Origin: a virus
Virus record (IMG/VR): IMGVR_UViG_3300042731_006512
Span: 1 to 64,000 of that record
Reading direction: 5' to 3' (one strand)
Length of the DNA: 64,000 nt
The notes below the pieces were generated by a model. The model did not search any database. It was given only the letters and a program-made list of their open reading frames with translations, and was not told where the DNA came from. Below are positions 22,012 through 31,106 of this stretch, piece after piece. Position 1 is the first letter of the stretch; the number at the start of each line of letters is the position of its first letter. A program made the position numbers and the translations under genes.

Positions 22012-23232
22012 TTATTTTATTGTAAAAAGTACAGGAGTATCACCGCCATACTCTGTTTCTATAATAACTCGCTCGTCCTCTTGTGGGCTATAATCTCCTA
22101 TTAAAGTATTGCGCACTTTATTGTCCTCTAATCTTGAAGGACGATATATATAGAGATTATCAAATGGTTTTGTTGCTTCACCAATATTTTTGATTTCTGG
22201 AGATGTTGCCATAACTCTTTCAATCATTTCGTTTATAATCAAGTCCTCTGCAATATCTAAACTGTTAACATAATCAGATACATTCGTAGTAGCAGCATTG
22301 AGTATATTTATTTCTTCCTGAGAGGATAGCTTCTTCTTCAAGGTTAAAGTCCCAACAACAGAAAAACCAGTCTCCACTGGTCCTCTGACTCTATAAGATA
22401 TTCCATGGGCCACAACCTTAGAAACACTCTCGTTTACAGCAGAAACTAAACCATCAGGAAGAACAGGTGTCACAGATTTAAGTAATATATCAAATGTTCC
22501 TATTCCTTGAAAAAATGGAATCATAACAACATCAGCGACTCCAGTTGTAGTTAACACAGCCAATCGTATAGCGGTTTGATTAGCAGCCTCAGCAGCTGTT
22601 GTTTGCTGAGAAATGCGAAAACGATAGTTTGTATCAGTTTCTCCATCTTCCCCTTTTATTATTTCAGCATCATTTATAACATTCAAAGTATCGTTGGCAC
22701 TATCAGTATAATCAGTAAAATCATGATATCTAAGCTGATGTCTTCCTATATTACTAACAGAACCAGACTTCAAAGCTCTAACAGCTACATAAGTTTCAGA
22801 AAGAGAAGAAGAAAGAATAACATTATATGGAACAACATATAACACACCAGTAGCAGCTTCTCCTGTGCTTATAATAGTGCCTGAGCTTAATAATATAGAA
22901 GAACCAGAGTTAATATCTCCAAATGTACCACTATCAACATAAAAACGAATATTCCTTTCAGAAGAAGAAGATTCGGCCTTACTTTGTCCTAATCTTTTTA
23001 CACCAAGCATATCACCAAGAAAATCAAGATATTTTCCTTCCGCAGCAGGAAGAAAAGTTTGTGCCACATTAATATCAAACTTTTTGTACGCCCTTCCAAG
23101 TTCACTTGAAACACTTTCAGCAAAAGACCGAGTTTTACTTCCAACAGAAACTTTACTTAAAACAGTATTATCTACTATATCTCTAAGTAAAGTACCAAAA
23201 ATCCTATCCTGAGATTTACTAAACAGTGGCAT
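22012..23232 (-). CDS. Baseplate J-like protein (P2 gpJ / Mu gp47 / T4 gp6 family)
   Basis: 406 aa. The N-terminal FLPAAEGKYLDFLGDMLGVKRLGQSKAES matches the A-x-G-x-x-LD-x-LG-x-x-GV-x-R signature. It sits directly after the gp25/W-like gene. Confidence 0.7.
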   Translation of the reverse strand: MPLFSKSQDRIFGTLLRDIVDNTVLSKVSVGSKTRSFAESVSSELGRAYKKFDINVAQTFLPAAEGKYLDFLGDMLGVKRLGQSKAESSSSERNIRFYVDSGTFGDINSGSSILLSSGTIISTGEAATGVLYVVPYNVILSSSLSETYVAVRALKSGSVSNIGRHQLRYHDFTDYTDSANDTLNVINDAEIIKGEDGETDTNYRFRISQQTTAAEAANQTAIRLAVLTTTGVADVVMIPFFQGIGTFDILLKSVTPVLPDGLVSAVNESVSKVVAHGISYRVRGPVETGFSVVGTLTLKKKLSSQEEINILNAATTNVSDYVNSLDIAEDLIINEMIERVMATSPEIKNIGEATKPFDNLYIYRPSRLEDNKVRNTLIGDYSPQEDERVIIETEYGGDTPVLFTIK

Positions 23233-23241
23233 ATCTATCTC

Positions 23242-23718
23242 CTATCTAAAAATATAGTTTCTTTCAATCTGATTTTCTGGAACATAAAATACGCTATCTT
23301 CTACACTATCGTATATTAAAGTTGTCACTATAGGCTGACCAAGGACTAAACTATTCTGTGGAGTGGCTAATGCATTGATTTTTATAAAAATACAAACTTG
23401 ATGAATATGAACTGGCACTACCTTAACAGTTAAATCTTCTGGCCTTACAACATTATGATTAACTAAAACAGAAAATATCTTATCTTCAATCTTCTTACCG
23501 ACAGCACGTGTATTAGGCTCTCCTCTAAACTCTTGAAGACTAGCAGCAAAAGAAGGATGCGCCTTCCAGTCTTTAAACTTACTTCTTACTACAGATTGGA
23601 TTTCTTGTATTAGCGCCTGAATAGTGTCATCAGAAGTATCTTTCAAATCTCCATCTTTACCAACCTGGAAATCCCCATTAAGTGACCACGATAAATCTAT
23701 TGCTGAATAATCAGAAAT
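23242..23718 (-). CDS. Baseplate wedge protein, gp25/GPW-like; probable non-canonical ATT start
   Basis: The ORF track starts at TTG 23646. The same frame is open upstream and encodes a gp25-like N-terminus (ISDYSAIDLSWSLNGDFQVGKDGDL). AAGGAGG lies 9 nt upstream of an in-frame ATT at 23716..23718. Downstream, FRGEPNTRAVGKKIEDKIFSVL fits the family. Confidence 0.55.
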   Translation of the reverse strand: MSDYSAIDLSWSLNGDFQVGKDGDLKDTSDDTIQALIQEIQSVVRSKFKDWKAHPSFAASLQEFRGEPNTRAVGKKIEDKIFSVLVNHNVVRPEDLTVKVVPVHIHQVCIFIKINALATPQNSLVLGQPIVTTLIYDSVEDSVFYVPENQIERNYIFR

Positions 23719-23732
23719 CTTCGCATACCTCC

Positions 23733-24068
23733 TTAAACTAAAAGAGCCATCATAAACGGTAAACTTTTAGCTATACTTGAAAATAAAGCTACAGGCGGAA
23801 ATGGTATCTGGTCAGGAATAGGTGTTACAATAGTAGATGGCATCATTTTTACAAAGTCATTCATTTTGACAAATAAACCAGCTTGTCGTATCTGTTCTCC
23901 GGTAGAGATTAATGATAATGGCCCAGAAATACAACAACCTTCTTTACTTGCAGCAAAAAAAGCATTCTTAGCACCTGCCATAATAGCACTTTCTGGAGTT
24001 ACCATAAAACCAGCAACACTTTCTTTATCGGCCTTCCAGATTCTGAACTTACTCTTCGGTGTCGCCAT
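23733..24068 (-). CDS. Hypothetical baseplate-module protein (spike-tip/PAAR position)
   Basis: I start it at the ATG at 24066..24068 (MATPKSKFRIW...), which has a TAAGGAG SD, rather than the track's upstream start. 111 aa. Position between the V-like and W-like genes. Confidence 0.5.
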   Translation of the reverse strand: MATPKSKFRIWKADKESVAGFMVTPESAIMAGAKNAFFAASKEGCCISGPLSLISTGEQIRQAGLFVKMNDFVKMMPSTIVTPIPDQIPFPPVALFSSIAKSLPFMMALLV

Positions 24069-24070
24069 TC
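24047..24070 (-). repeat. 24-nt direct repeat, copy A (start region of gene 23733..24068)
   Basis: GAATGGCGACACCGAAGAGTAAGT matches GAATGGCGACATCGAAAAGTAAAT at 24828..24851 in 21 of 24 positions. The two copies bracket the HNH ORF. Confidence 0.7.
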
Positions 24071-24849
24071 GATATCTCCTTATAATCGATCCAAAGGTCA
24101 ACATTATTGCTACGAGATATATTCTCGAACTCCCACAATGGCCTCAGATTGAACCAATGACAGGCCTTTTTCACTTGAGCTGAGTCTGATAAATCAAACG
24201 CGCTCAGTGGAATAATATGATCTATATGCCAACCGTAGCGACCGTGATTATCCCAGGTCATTTCCTCGCCAGTTTCAGGATGCGGATAAAACTGAGACTC
24301 AAGCCATTGTTTTAGTTTAGGAATCGAGCAGCCGAGATCTCGAACAGCCGAACCAGCTCGACGTTCTGGATATTGAAGCCCATGCTTTATAGCGGACTGA
24401 AACCTTTTACGGATACACTCTTTCAAAGCGAAATCTTTATCATTTTTTATCCTTTCCATATATCGATTGATCTTTCGAGATTTATTTTCGAGATAATATT
24501 TTCTATCGTAATCATTCTCTTTTCTATATTTTCTGCCATAAGAGCTTCTGGCCTTTTTATACTCAGGATCAACTTTCTGTTTCTCGTGATAATGTTTCAG
24601 ATTAATCTTTTTAATCATTTCCGGCTTTGTTTCATATAGCATTTTTTGGTAATGTTTATTACAAAGCCCCTGGCTACGGCACCTTTCCGAACAACCTTCG
24701 ATAGAACATTCTGTCCTTTGACGAGGAGATGATCCGACCTTTTTATAATAACAATACCAATAGTGGATTTGACAATAACCCCTCGAATGATAAGGATTAT
24801 TACATCCATCCACCGAACACACTTTATATTTACTTTTCGATGTCGCCAT
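24049..24849 (-). CDS. HNH homing endonuclease
   Basis: 266 aa. Two Cys/His zinc modules (CSVDGCNNPYHSRGYCQIHY, CSIEGCSERCRSQGLCNKHY) and a C-terminal HNH core (GWHIDHIIPLS...NLRPLWEFENISRSN). Inserted between conserved baseplate genes. Its 3' end reads through the RBS and start of the next gene. Confidence 0.8.
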   Translation of the reverse strand: MATSKSKYKVCSVDGCNNPYHSRGYCQIHYWYCYYKKVGSSPRQRTECSIEGCSERCRSQGLCNKHYQKMLYETKPEMIKKINLKHYHEKQKVDPEYKKARSSYGRKYRKENDYDRKYYLENKSRKINRYMERIKNDKDFALKECIRKRFQSAIKHGLQYPERRAGSAVRDLGCSIPKLKQWLESQFYPHPETGEEMTWDNHGRYGWHIDHIIPLSAFDLSDSAQVKKACHWFNLRPLWEFENISRSNNVDLWIDYKEISNGDTEE

Positions 24850-24851
24850 TC
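24828..24851 (-). repeat. 24-nt direct repeat, copy B (start region of the HNH gene)
   Basis: See copy A. Both copies contain the ATG and the first seven codons (MATSKSK vs MATPKSK). Confidence 0.7.
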
Positions 24852-24864
24852 TAACCTCTTAAAA

Positions 24865-25284
24865 TCAAAGCGAAACACCCCCAAGAAATATCTTATAAGG
24901 CCCTATTTCAATCTCATTTTGAAGCGGAGCCTTATTTAAAAACTGATGGTCTTCGTCACCAATCACTTCAATAATCACATTCTTAGGACTAAGTTTCCCT
25001 TTATAATAAACTCTCACAACTAAACCTTCCCTTAAAGCACCCCATAAAAGATGTATTTCAGACAAAGGTGTAGATAAAGGTAAAAAGCCATTTGAAATCT
25101 CATCTCCTATTTTACCATCAGAAAGTATTCTTCGCACTCTAACTTGTCCATTGTTATAGTTTATTTCACTGATTATTCCATAAGTTATTCTATCTTCTTC
25201 ATCTTTTGGTAACATACTTTCACGAGATGTCTCGTGAAGCTTTTGCTGTAAAATATTTTTCGGCGCAGCAGAACTATAACCCAT
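24865..25284 (-). CDS. Baseplate spike/hub OB-fold protein (P2 gpV / Mu gp45-like)
   Basis: 139 aa. ITYGIISEINYNNGQVRVRR...FLPLSTP...LREGLVVRVYYKG follows the gpV N-terminal OB-fold pattern. It lies immediately downstream of the hub-containing giant ORF. Confidence 0.45.
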   Translation of the reverse strand: MGYSSAAPKNILQQKLHETSRESMLPKDEEDRITYGIISEINYNNGQVRVRRILSDGKIGDEISNGFLPLSTPLSEIHLLWGALREGLVVRVYYKGKLSPKNVIIEVIGDEDHQFLNKAPLQNEIEIGPYKIFLGGVSL

Positions 25285-28200
25285 TATTCTAAGTCATCTC
25301 CTAAAAACACAGAACTAAAATCTCCTTCTGAATGTCCAAACCAATAGTTATTTTTAAACTTATCGTATGTATCTTCAAGATAAAGAGGTATTGTTTCTGA
25401 AGTCTCTTTAAACCAATCGCCAATACCTTGAATAAAACTTCCATCTGTATATCTATTAGGTAATCCACCTATCATAGGCTTACCAGCACATACAAGAGGA
25501 GAAAATCTAAAAGGATGGGCAAGTTGAGTTCTTGTAACTAACTTTCTAAAAATAAACAATCCAACAGAACCAAATAAAGAAGTTTGTTGGTTATAAGCAG
25601 GAGTATTTTCTGTCTGATTAAAAAACATGCGCGCCAAAGGAGAAAATCCAAAACCACTTATAGGATTAAAAGCAGCAGACAAAATATCTCCATAGTTCTT
25701 ATGGATAGAACCAAGACTCTCTAACCCAATCTGTCTTAAACCATGTTCTGCTATCAATCCCATAGCATCTTGAGTTGATAAGGTGCTTTCTTGGTTAACG
25801 TGAACACATAAATCAGGGGTGATTTCTGTTATAAAACCATTTTTCTGACTAAACTTGTGAACAACTTTTTCTACTTCTACTGGTCCATAAATATCTGAAT
25901 ATTCATCAAAGATATAAATTACATCTAATGGTTTTATCTTCGGATTCCCAACCAAAATCAAACTACCACCATAAGATTCCTTTAATGAGTTATATAACAA
26001 CGACAAAGAATAAAGCTTTGCCATTTCATATCCATTACAGTTAGGATATTGAGCAAACATTTCACGAATATCTTCATCAGGAATAGCAGCATCTGCTTTT
26101 AAAGTAAAAGTTTCTGGGTCTCCAAAGTTAAGCTCAGAAGTATCTTTATTAAACTCAGGTCCATCATCGCTATATTGTAATGTAACAGTATTGAAAACGT
26201 TATGGCCAGAAGAAGAAATAGAGTTGTGTAATATATGAAGAGAGCTTGTTGCTATATGATATGAGCGAAATGGTTTTATAAAACCACGCGCCTGAGCAAA
26301 AAGTTTTGCTGCTTTTTTCAGCCAGTTTTCTATTTCATCATCAGACTGAGAGTTTTCAATCTTTTTTAATGCATTATCTAAATCACGCGCACCTTCTTTA
26401 CCTAACTCTCTACTGGCATCTTGAAGATTTGTTCGCACTTTTTCAGTATAGTCATCGGTTATTCCATTCTTGACAACTTCACGTAACTTACTGATAACAT
26501 TATCTTCTTCCACAGTAGAGTCTCTTGCAAAATATAACTGGTCTGGTAACCCAAAAAACAACGTCATTCTTGGACCATATTTGCTTTCATATGGAACAGC
26601 AGAGGTAATATAGGATGGATGCCTTAATGTCATCTCTTGCAATACATCCCAGATTGTTGTATTGAACATAATATATTTTTTCGAACCTTTCGCAGCTTTC
26701 AATGGGTTAATCAATGCATCAACAAAACCTAATGGACCAGAACCTTGCGGTGGGAACAAGTTATCGTCTCTCGGATTTGGATTAAATCTCCATCTACTTT
26801 GCAATAAACCTCGTTGCTTATTTGCTCCAAAACCACCAGCTTCCCATCTTCCGAAATGAACAACCTCTGGAGCAGATAAAATATTATTCAATACCATCCA
26901 GGTCCGACCATCATCACTAAACCAACCACCAAAAGATTTTGATTCACCCTGTATTGTTTGAACAAGCTCAACAGCAAAACTTTGACATACAATAGTAACT
27001 AAATCAGTAGTTTCAGAAAACTGATATTCAACTATCATACCATTGAATACAGTTTCAAGCTCAGCCGGGTTATTACTAAAGCCCATCTTCAACTGGATTT
27101 GTGTGCCAGCTTGAAGCATCAAAGAAGCAATAGGATTTTCTTTTATTGTATTAACAGAACCACTATCACCTTCTCTTTCTTCAGAAATACTTCCATCTTC
27201 CCTGAAAGCTAAGTTTGGATTTTTAGCATCTATAAACTTGCGATTATTCAAAGAACCAGAAATGTTTGTTAACTGAAGAATACATAAATCGGCTGCTATT
27301 TTTCTGTGCCTAACAACCTGAATCTCTTGAACCGCATTATAAGCAAAAAAATCATCAAAAGCATATTTTTTACGCTCACCAAGGTCGCTTTCTATAAAAT
27401 AAAGTTTAAAAGCAGGGTATGCGCGCATCATTCCATAGCCTGCACCTGTCTTCAAATCTTTCTCAAACTGTTGAACACTCTTATAAAAAAGACTTTCATT
27501 CTCTGGGTCTATTCCCAATAAAGGTCCTTGCGATTTATATTCTCCAACCCCTACAATATGCTCTATCTTTCCAATCTTATGAGTAGAAAAATGTTCTTCT
27601 GCAATAGGGTCTACAGGAACACCATTCTGTCTTATTTCAAAATGTAAATGCGAACCAGTAGAATAGCCAGTATTATCCATTACTCCAATCTGTTGCCCTT
27701 TTCTAACTATTAGAACTCTATCCTTCACAGATTTAGGAACAGGGCTATCCAAAAGTTCATCAAAAAATATATCAAAAAAACCCTGAACAATAGGCTCCCA
27801 TTTCAAATGGCCATATCTTGTTTCATAGCCATTTCCATGTTTTATTCTTACGCGAACACCTCTCTCGTCGTTGTTAACACCTATTATTCTACCTGTTTCG
27901 GCTGCATATATAGGAGTTCCAGCGCTGTCTGCTGGAATATTACCAGCAATATCAATACCAGTATGAAAAACTTCTTTATTCACACCTCTACGCGCCCTTA
28001 CTGGGTCAAGACGCTTACCAAAAGGAGATGTTATTCTTCTAGCAGTAGAAGGTGTCGGAGGAATAAAGACTGGCGTTTTATTCTTGTCAAACACAACCGG
28101 AGAATAAGATTGTTCAGGCAAAAAAGACAAACAATCATATGTATCAAACCTATGAGATACAGACTCAGAGTTAGAAGATGGCCTCATTGTTGTTGGGCTT

Positions 28201-31106
28201 CTATGATTAGATATGACACACTGCGTATCATATTTGCTTTGACGAGATTTAATAATACTTTTTGAAAAAGAGATTCCTTTAACAGGAACACTTTCTCCAT
28301 TTTTATTAGCTTCAAAAACGGACGGCGCAACAGAACCTGTCAATAAGTTGGGAGCTGTGCCATATTCATTTAAATGTTTCTGGTATTCATCTGCATAGTT
28401 TTTACCAGGCGAATTGTCACCTTTAAAAAAATCAGTTTTGAAAGAATCAACAACAGTATCAAAAACATTAGACCTTCTTTGAGACCCTAATATTTCTGTC
28501 TCATAAACGTTTTTAAACCAGTCAGATTCCGCTTCTTTCATAGAAGCACGAGCGGCAATAATGCTATCTTTAGTTTTTTCTATAATATGATGAGGAAAAA
28601 TATCATCTATAACATCAACAGTATGATTTAAAAAATAAAAGTCAGGATTAATAAGAGAAGATATACCAACATTTTTTAAACCCAAACCAGCTTTTTCCCA
28701 AAAAGCAACTAGTCCGTCATATAAAAACGTAGATAAATCAGTATCTTCCTGGATTAAAGACAGAACTTCCCTCAAAGGAAAATCTGGAAAACAATCAGCA
28801 GTATCTATGCCTCCTCTATTATTTCGAATCAAATCTCGAACAGTTTGAAACTGAGGAAGAGACAAAATATCATCATCATTTAATATCCTATCAAGAAAAT
28901 CATTAGCAAAGTTAATCCAATCTCCAAAAATCTTATTAATAAAACCCTGAAGTTTTTTTATATTTTCAGTTTTATATTTATCAAAAAAATCACCTGCTAC
29001 ATTTGGAATAGTCTCTCCAAATCCTATAGAAGACAAAGCTGCTCGCTCATTTCGCTCATTCTCTGCTTTGATAAGGTTTTCAGCATTTTGTTTTATCTCA
29101 GCATCTGTAGTAGCTTTGACATCACCCCCATATATAGTCTGACGTGGCAAAAGACTCAAAGTATCGCGCAACTTTACTGAGCCATTTTTACCAGTAAGGA
29201 CATCATATACTTTAGATAAATCTTCGTTGATTCTTTCTATACCAAAAACATCTTCATCTGTTAATACAGATAAATCACTAACCATCTCAATACCAACATT
29301 GCCATATTTAAGAAATCTTATATGGAACAAAAGATATTCACATATATAACTAAACTTTTCGGCATATTGACTACATAACTCCTTAAATGCCTGACTTTTT
29401 TGTCCAAGTGGACCATTAAAAATATAATATGGAGTTCTAGGATTATCTATTGTTGGAGCAAATGATAAAGGCCTTTCTATGTTTGCTGAATATGGACTAT
29501 CTATAAACGTCTTGTAAGAAGTAGTTTCTTTCCAAAAAGTATCCTTTTCAAGATGCAAAAACTTATCACCATTAAACTTAAGATTTTTTTCTAAAATATG
29601 AGCTATTTCTATTCTAAGGTCCTGCGCGCTAGTAAAGGATTGACCAGGAATAAGTTTTTCTTGTGTTTGAGTAGTCAATGGATTATCTATAAGTGTAAAT
29701 ATAGCACTCCATGTTCCTGGTTCACCTTCTACGTTTTCAACAGAAAGATTTTCTGGCAAGAACTCAGAAAGTCCGCACATATTTACCAAGTCATTATCAA
29801 CAGAAATATTCTTATGACCAGATGGTATATTTCTATATTTATGATGCTGTCCCTCGACTAAAGAATAAAACTCAGAAAGATGACGTATTGCTTTTTGGTC
29901 GACCGTGGCTATAGAAAAAGAAACTCTTGCATCTATACTACCAATATGCTGAAAAGTCGGATATGGATGACCCACCAAAGGAAGAGTTGCAAGTATATTT
30001 TCGAAAGAAATCGAAATACCTTGAACAATCAATCCTATATCATTAAAATCAAGCTCTCTGTCTCGAGATAATAAAATAGTATCTTCTGGGTTATATTGAG
30101 ACAAATCAGCTTCACGTGGCTTTGAAGAAGGTTTTGATTTTATAGTAACGTATTCGCCATTTCTTAAAATAACAGGCTTCCAGCCAAACGCTTCAACAGC
30201 AAATCTACTATCTCTTTTTCCTGGTTCAATAGCCTCTTTTATAAGACTTTTTACTTTATGAAGAACATTCTTGCTGTTTTGCTCATAAAACATAGATGTA
30301 GTATCGCCAAAAATCTCTCTACGCAACGAACGCGCCCAGTTCTCGTCTTTCAGTTCATCAAATAAAACATCACGAATCTTTTCTCCGACTGCAGAACCTT
30401 CTTTATTAGAAGAAAGCTGGGATAACTCGTTGCTTAACTTTTTAAGAGAAGCTACTTCTTTGTCTCGTACTTCAAAATACCTTTTTACTGTCAATGCCTT
30501 ATATTCTTTGAAACTAAGAACCAAACCAGTATGCAACCTATCAACTTGTTTATACTTATGGCGTCTCTGTTCTGCCTGATACATTAACTGCCAAGGTTTA
30601 CTGTCAGCAGGATTCTTAACAGCTTCAGTTCCCATTAGATTTTTCTTATAAAGAAAGTCGCGCATAAACGGAAAATAGTTAAACCAACAAAAATGAAAGT
30701 TTACAACAATAACATTTGTACTTCTGTCGTCGGTTCCTGCAGTAATCTCCATCTGTTTTAAAGCCAAGGCCATTGACTGATGTGAATGTCCAGCGAAAAA
30801 CTTATCTCTTAAAAAACTATTCTCTACATAACAAAACGGAGTCACACGAAACTGAGATATTAAATCACGAAGTTGTCGAAATCCATTTCTTGTTGAACCA
30901 AGAGGTGCACCAGAAACCAACTCGTCTATAAACTCAACTGTTATATATATATCAGCAGTTGAAAATCCAGACTTAGATTTAATCGAAGACTGAGTTCTTA
31001 ATGTTTGCCATTGATTATTAAAAGACTGTCTATCTACACGAATATTTTTTGGAGGAATATCCAAAATCTGATTATTAAACTGGAATAAAGAACTATATTC
31101 AGCCAT
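25284..31106 (-). CDS. Giant multidomain tail protein: unknown N-terminal part, M23 metallopeptidase, and C-terminal gpD/gp27-like baseplate hub region
   Basis: 1940 aa. M23 motifs HTGIDIAG (about 27945..27965) and GSHLHFEIRQNGVPVDP (about 27600..27650). A later segment, QLKMGFSNNPAELETVFNGMIVEYQF...TIVCQSFAVEL (about 27020..27105), resembles late-control-D/hub proteins. Synteny places a hub upstream of the V-like spike. Confidence 0.65.
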   Translation of the reverse strand: MAEYSSLFQFNNQILDIPPKNIRVDRQSFNNQWQTLRTQSSIKSKSGFSTADIYITVEFIDELVSGAPLGSTRNGFRQLRDLISQFRVTPFCYVENSFLRDKFFAGHSHQSMALALKQMEITAGTDDRSTNVIVVNFHFCWFNYFPFMRDFLYKKNLMGTEAVKNPADSKPWQLMYQAEQRRHKYKQVDRLHTGLVLSFKEYKALTVKRYFEVRDKEVASLKKLSNELSQLSSNKEGSAVGEKIRDVLFDELKDENWARSLRREIFGDTTSMFYEQNSKNVLHKVKSLIKEAIEPGKRDSRFAVEAFGWKPVILRNGEYVTIKSKPSSKPREADLSQYNPEDTILLSRDRELDFNDIGLIVQGISISFENILATLPLVGHPYPTFQHIGSIDARVSFSIATVDQKAIRHLSEFYSLVEGQHHKYRNIPSGHKNISVDNDLVNMCGLSEFLPENLSVENVEGEPGTWSAIFTLIDNPLTTQTQEKLIPGQSFTSAQDLRIEIAHILEKNLKFNGDKFLHLEKDTFWKETTSYKTFIDSPYSANIERPLSFAPTIDNPRTPYYIFNGPLGQKSQAFKELCSQYAEKFSYICEYLLFHIRFLKYGNVGIEMVSDLSVLTDEDVFGIERINEDLSKVYDVLTGKNGSVKLRDTLSLLPRQTIYGGDVKATTDAEIKQNAENLIKAENERNERAALSSIGFGETIPNVAGDFFDKYKTENIKKLQGFINKIFGDWINFANDFLDRILNDDDILSLPQFQTVRDLIRNNRGGIDTADCFPDFPLREVLSLIQEDTDLSTFLYDGLVAFWEKAGLGLKNVGISSLINPDFYFLNHTVDVIDDIFPHHIIEKTKDSIIAARASMKEAESDWFKNVYETEILGSQRRSNVFDTVVDSFKTDFFKGDNSPGKNYADEYQKHLNEYGTAPNLLTGSVAPSVFEANKNGESVPVKGISFSKSIIKSRQSKYDTQCVISNHRSPTTMRPSSNSESVSHRFDTYDCLSFLPEQSYSPVVFDKNKTPVFIPPTPSTARRITSPFGKRLDPVRARRGVNKEVFHTGIDIAGNIPADSAGTPIYAAETGRIIGVNNDERGVRVRIKHGNGYETRYGHLKWEPIVQGFFDIFFDELLDSPVPKSVKDRVLIVRKGQQIGVMDNTGYSTGSHLHFEIRQNGVPVDPIAEEHFSTHKIGKIEHIVGVGEYKSQGPLLGIDPENESLFYKSVQQFEKDLKTGAGYGMMRAYPAFKLYFIESDLGERKKYAFDDFFAYNAVQEIQVVRHRKIAADLCILQLTNISGSLNNRKFIDAKNPNLAFREDGSISEEREGDSGSVNTIKENPIASLMLQAGTQIQLKMGFSNNPAELETVFNGMIVEYQFSETTDLVTIVCQSFAVELVQTIQGESKSFGGWFSDDGRTWMVLNNILSAPEVVHFGRWEAGGFGANKQRGLLQSRWRFNPNPRDDNLFPPQGSGPLGFVDALINPLKAAKGSKKYIMFNTTIWDVLQEMTLRHPSYITSAVPYESKYGPRMTLFFGLPDQLYFARDSTVEEDNVISKLREVVKNGITDDYTEKVRTNLQDASRELGKEGARDLDNALKKIENSQSDDEIENWLKKAAKLFAQARGFIKPFRSYHIATSSLHILHNSISSSGHNVFNTVTLQYSDDGPEFNKDTSELNFGDPETFTLKADAAIPDEDIREMFAQYPNCNGYEMAKLYSLSLLYNSLKESYGGSLILVGNPKIKPLDVIYIFDEYSDIYGPVEVEKVVHKFSQKNGFITEITPDLCVHVNQESTLSTQDAMGLIAEHGLRQIGLESLGSIHKNYGDILSAAFNPISGFGFSPLARMFFNQTENTPAYNQQTSLFGSVGLFIFRKLVTRTQLAHPFRFSPLVCAGKPMIGGLPNRYTDGSFIQGIGDWFKETSETIPLYLEDTYDKFKNNYWFGHSEGDFSSVFLGDDLE

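Noticed and set aside
24069-24104. Upstream 12-codon extension of ORF 23733..24104 (MLTFGSIIRRYR...)
   Set aside because: The internal ATG at 24066..24068 has a TAAGGAG SD and is part of the duplicated start-region repeat (MATPKSK). The extension lies inside the HNH coding sequence.
24615-24884. Out-of-frame minus-strand ORFs nested in or overlapping real genes (24615..24884, 46630..46911, 19275..19466, 6716..6901, 55036..55269)
   Set aside because: They overlap much longer ORFs that have clear motifs, and they lack RBSs and any recognisable features. I treat them as spurious.
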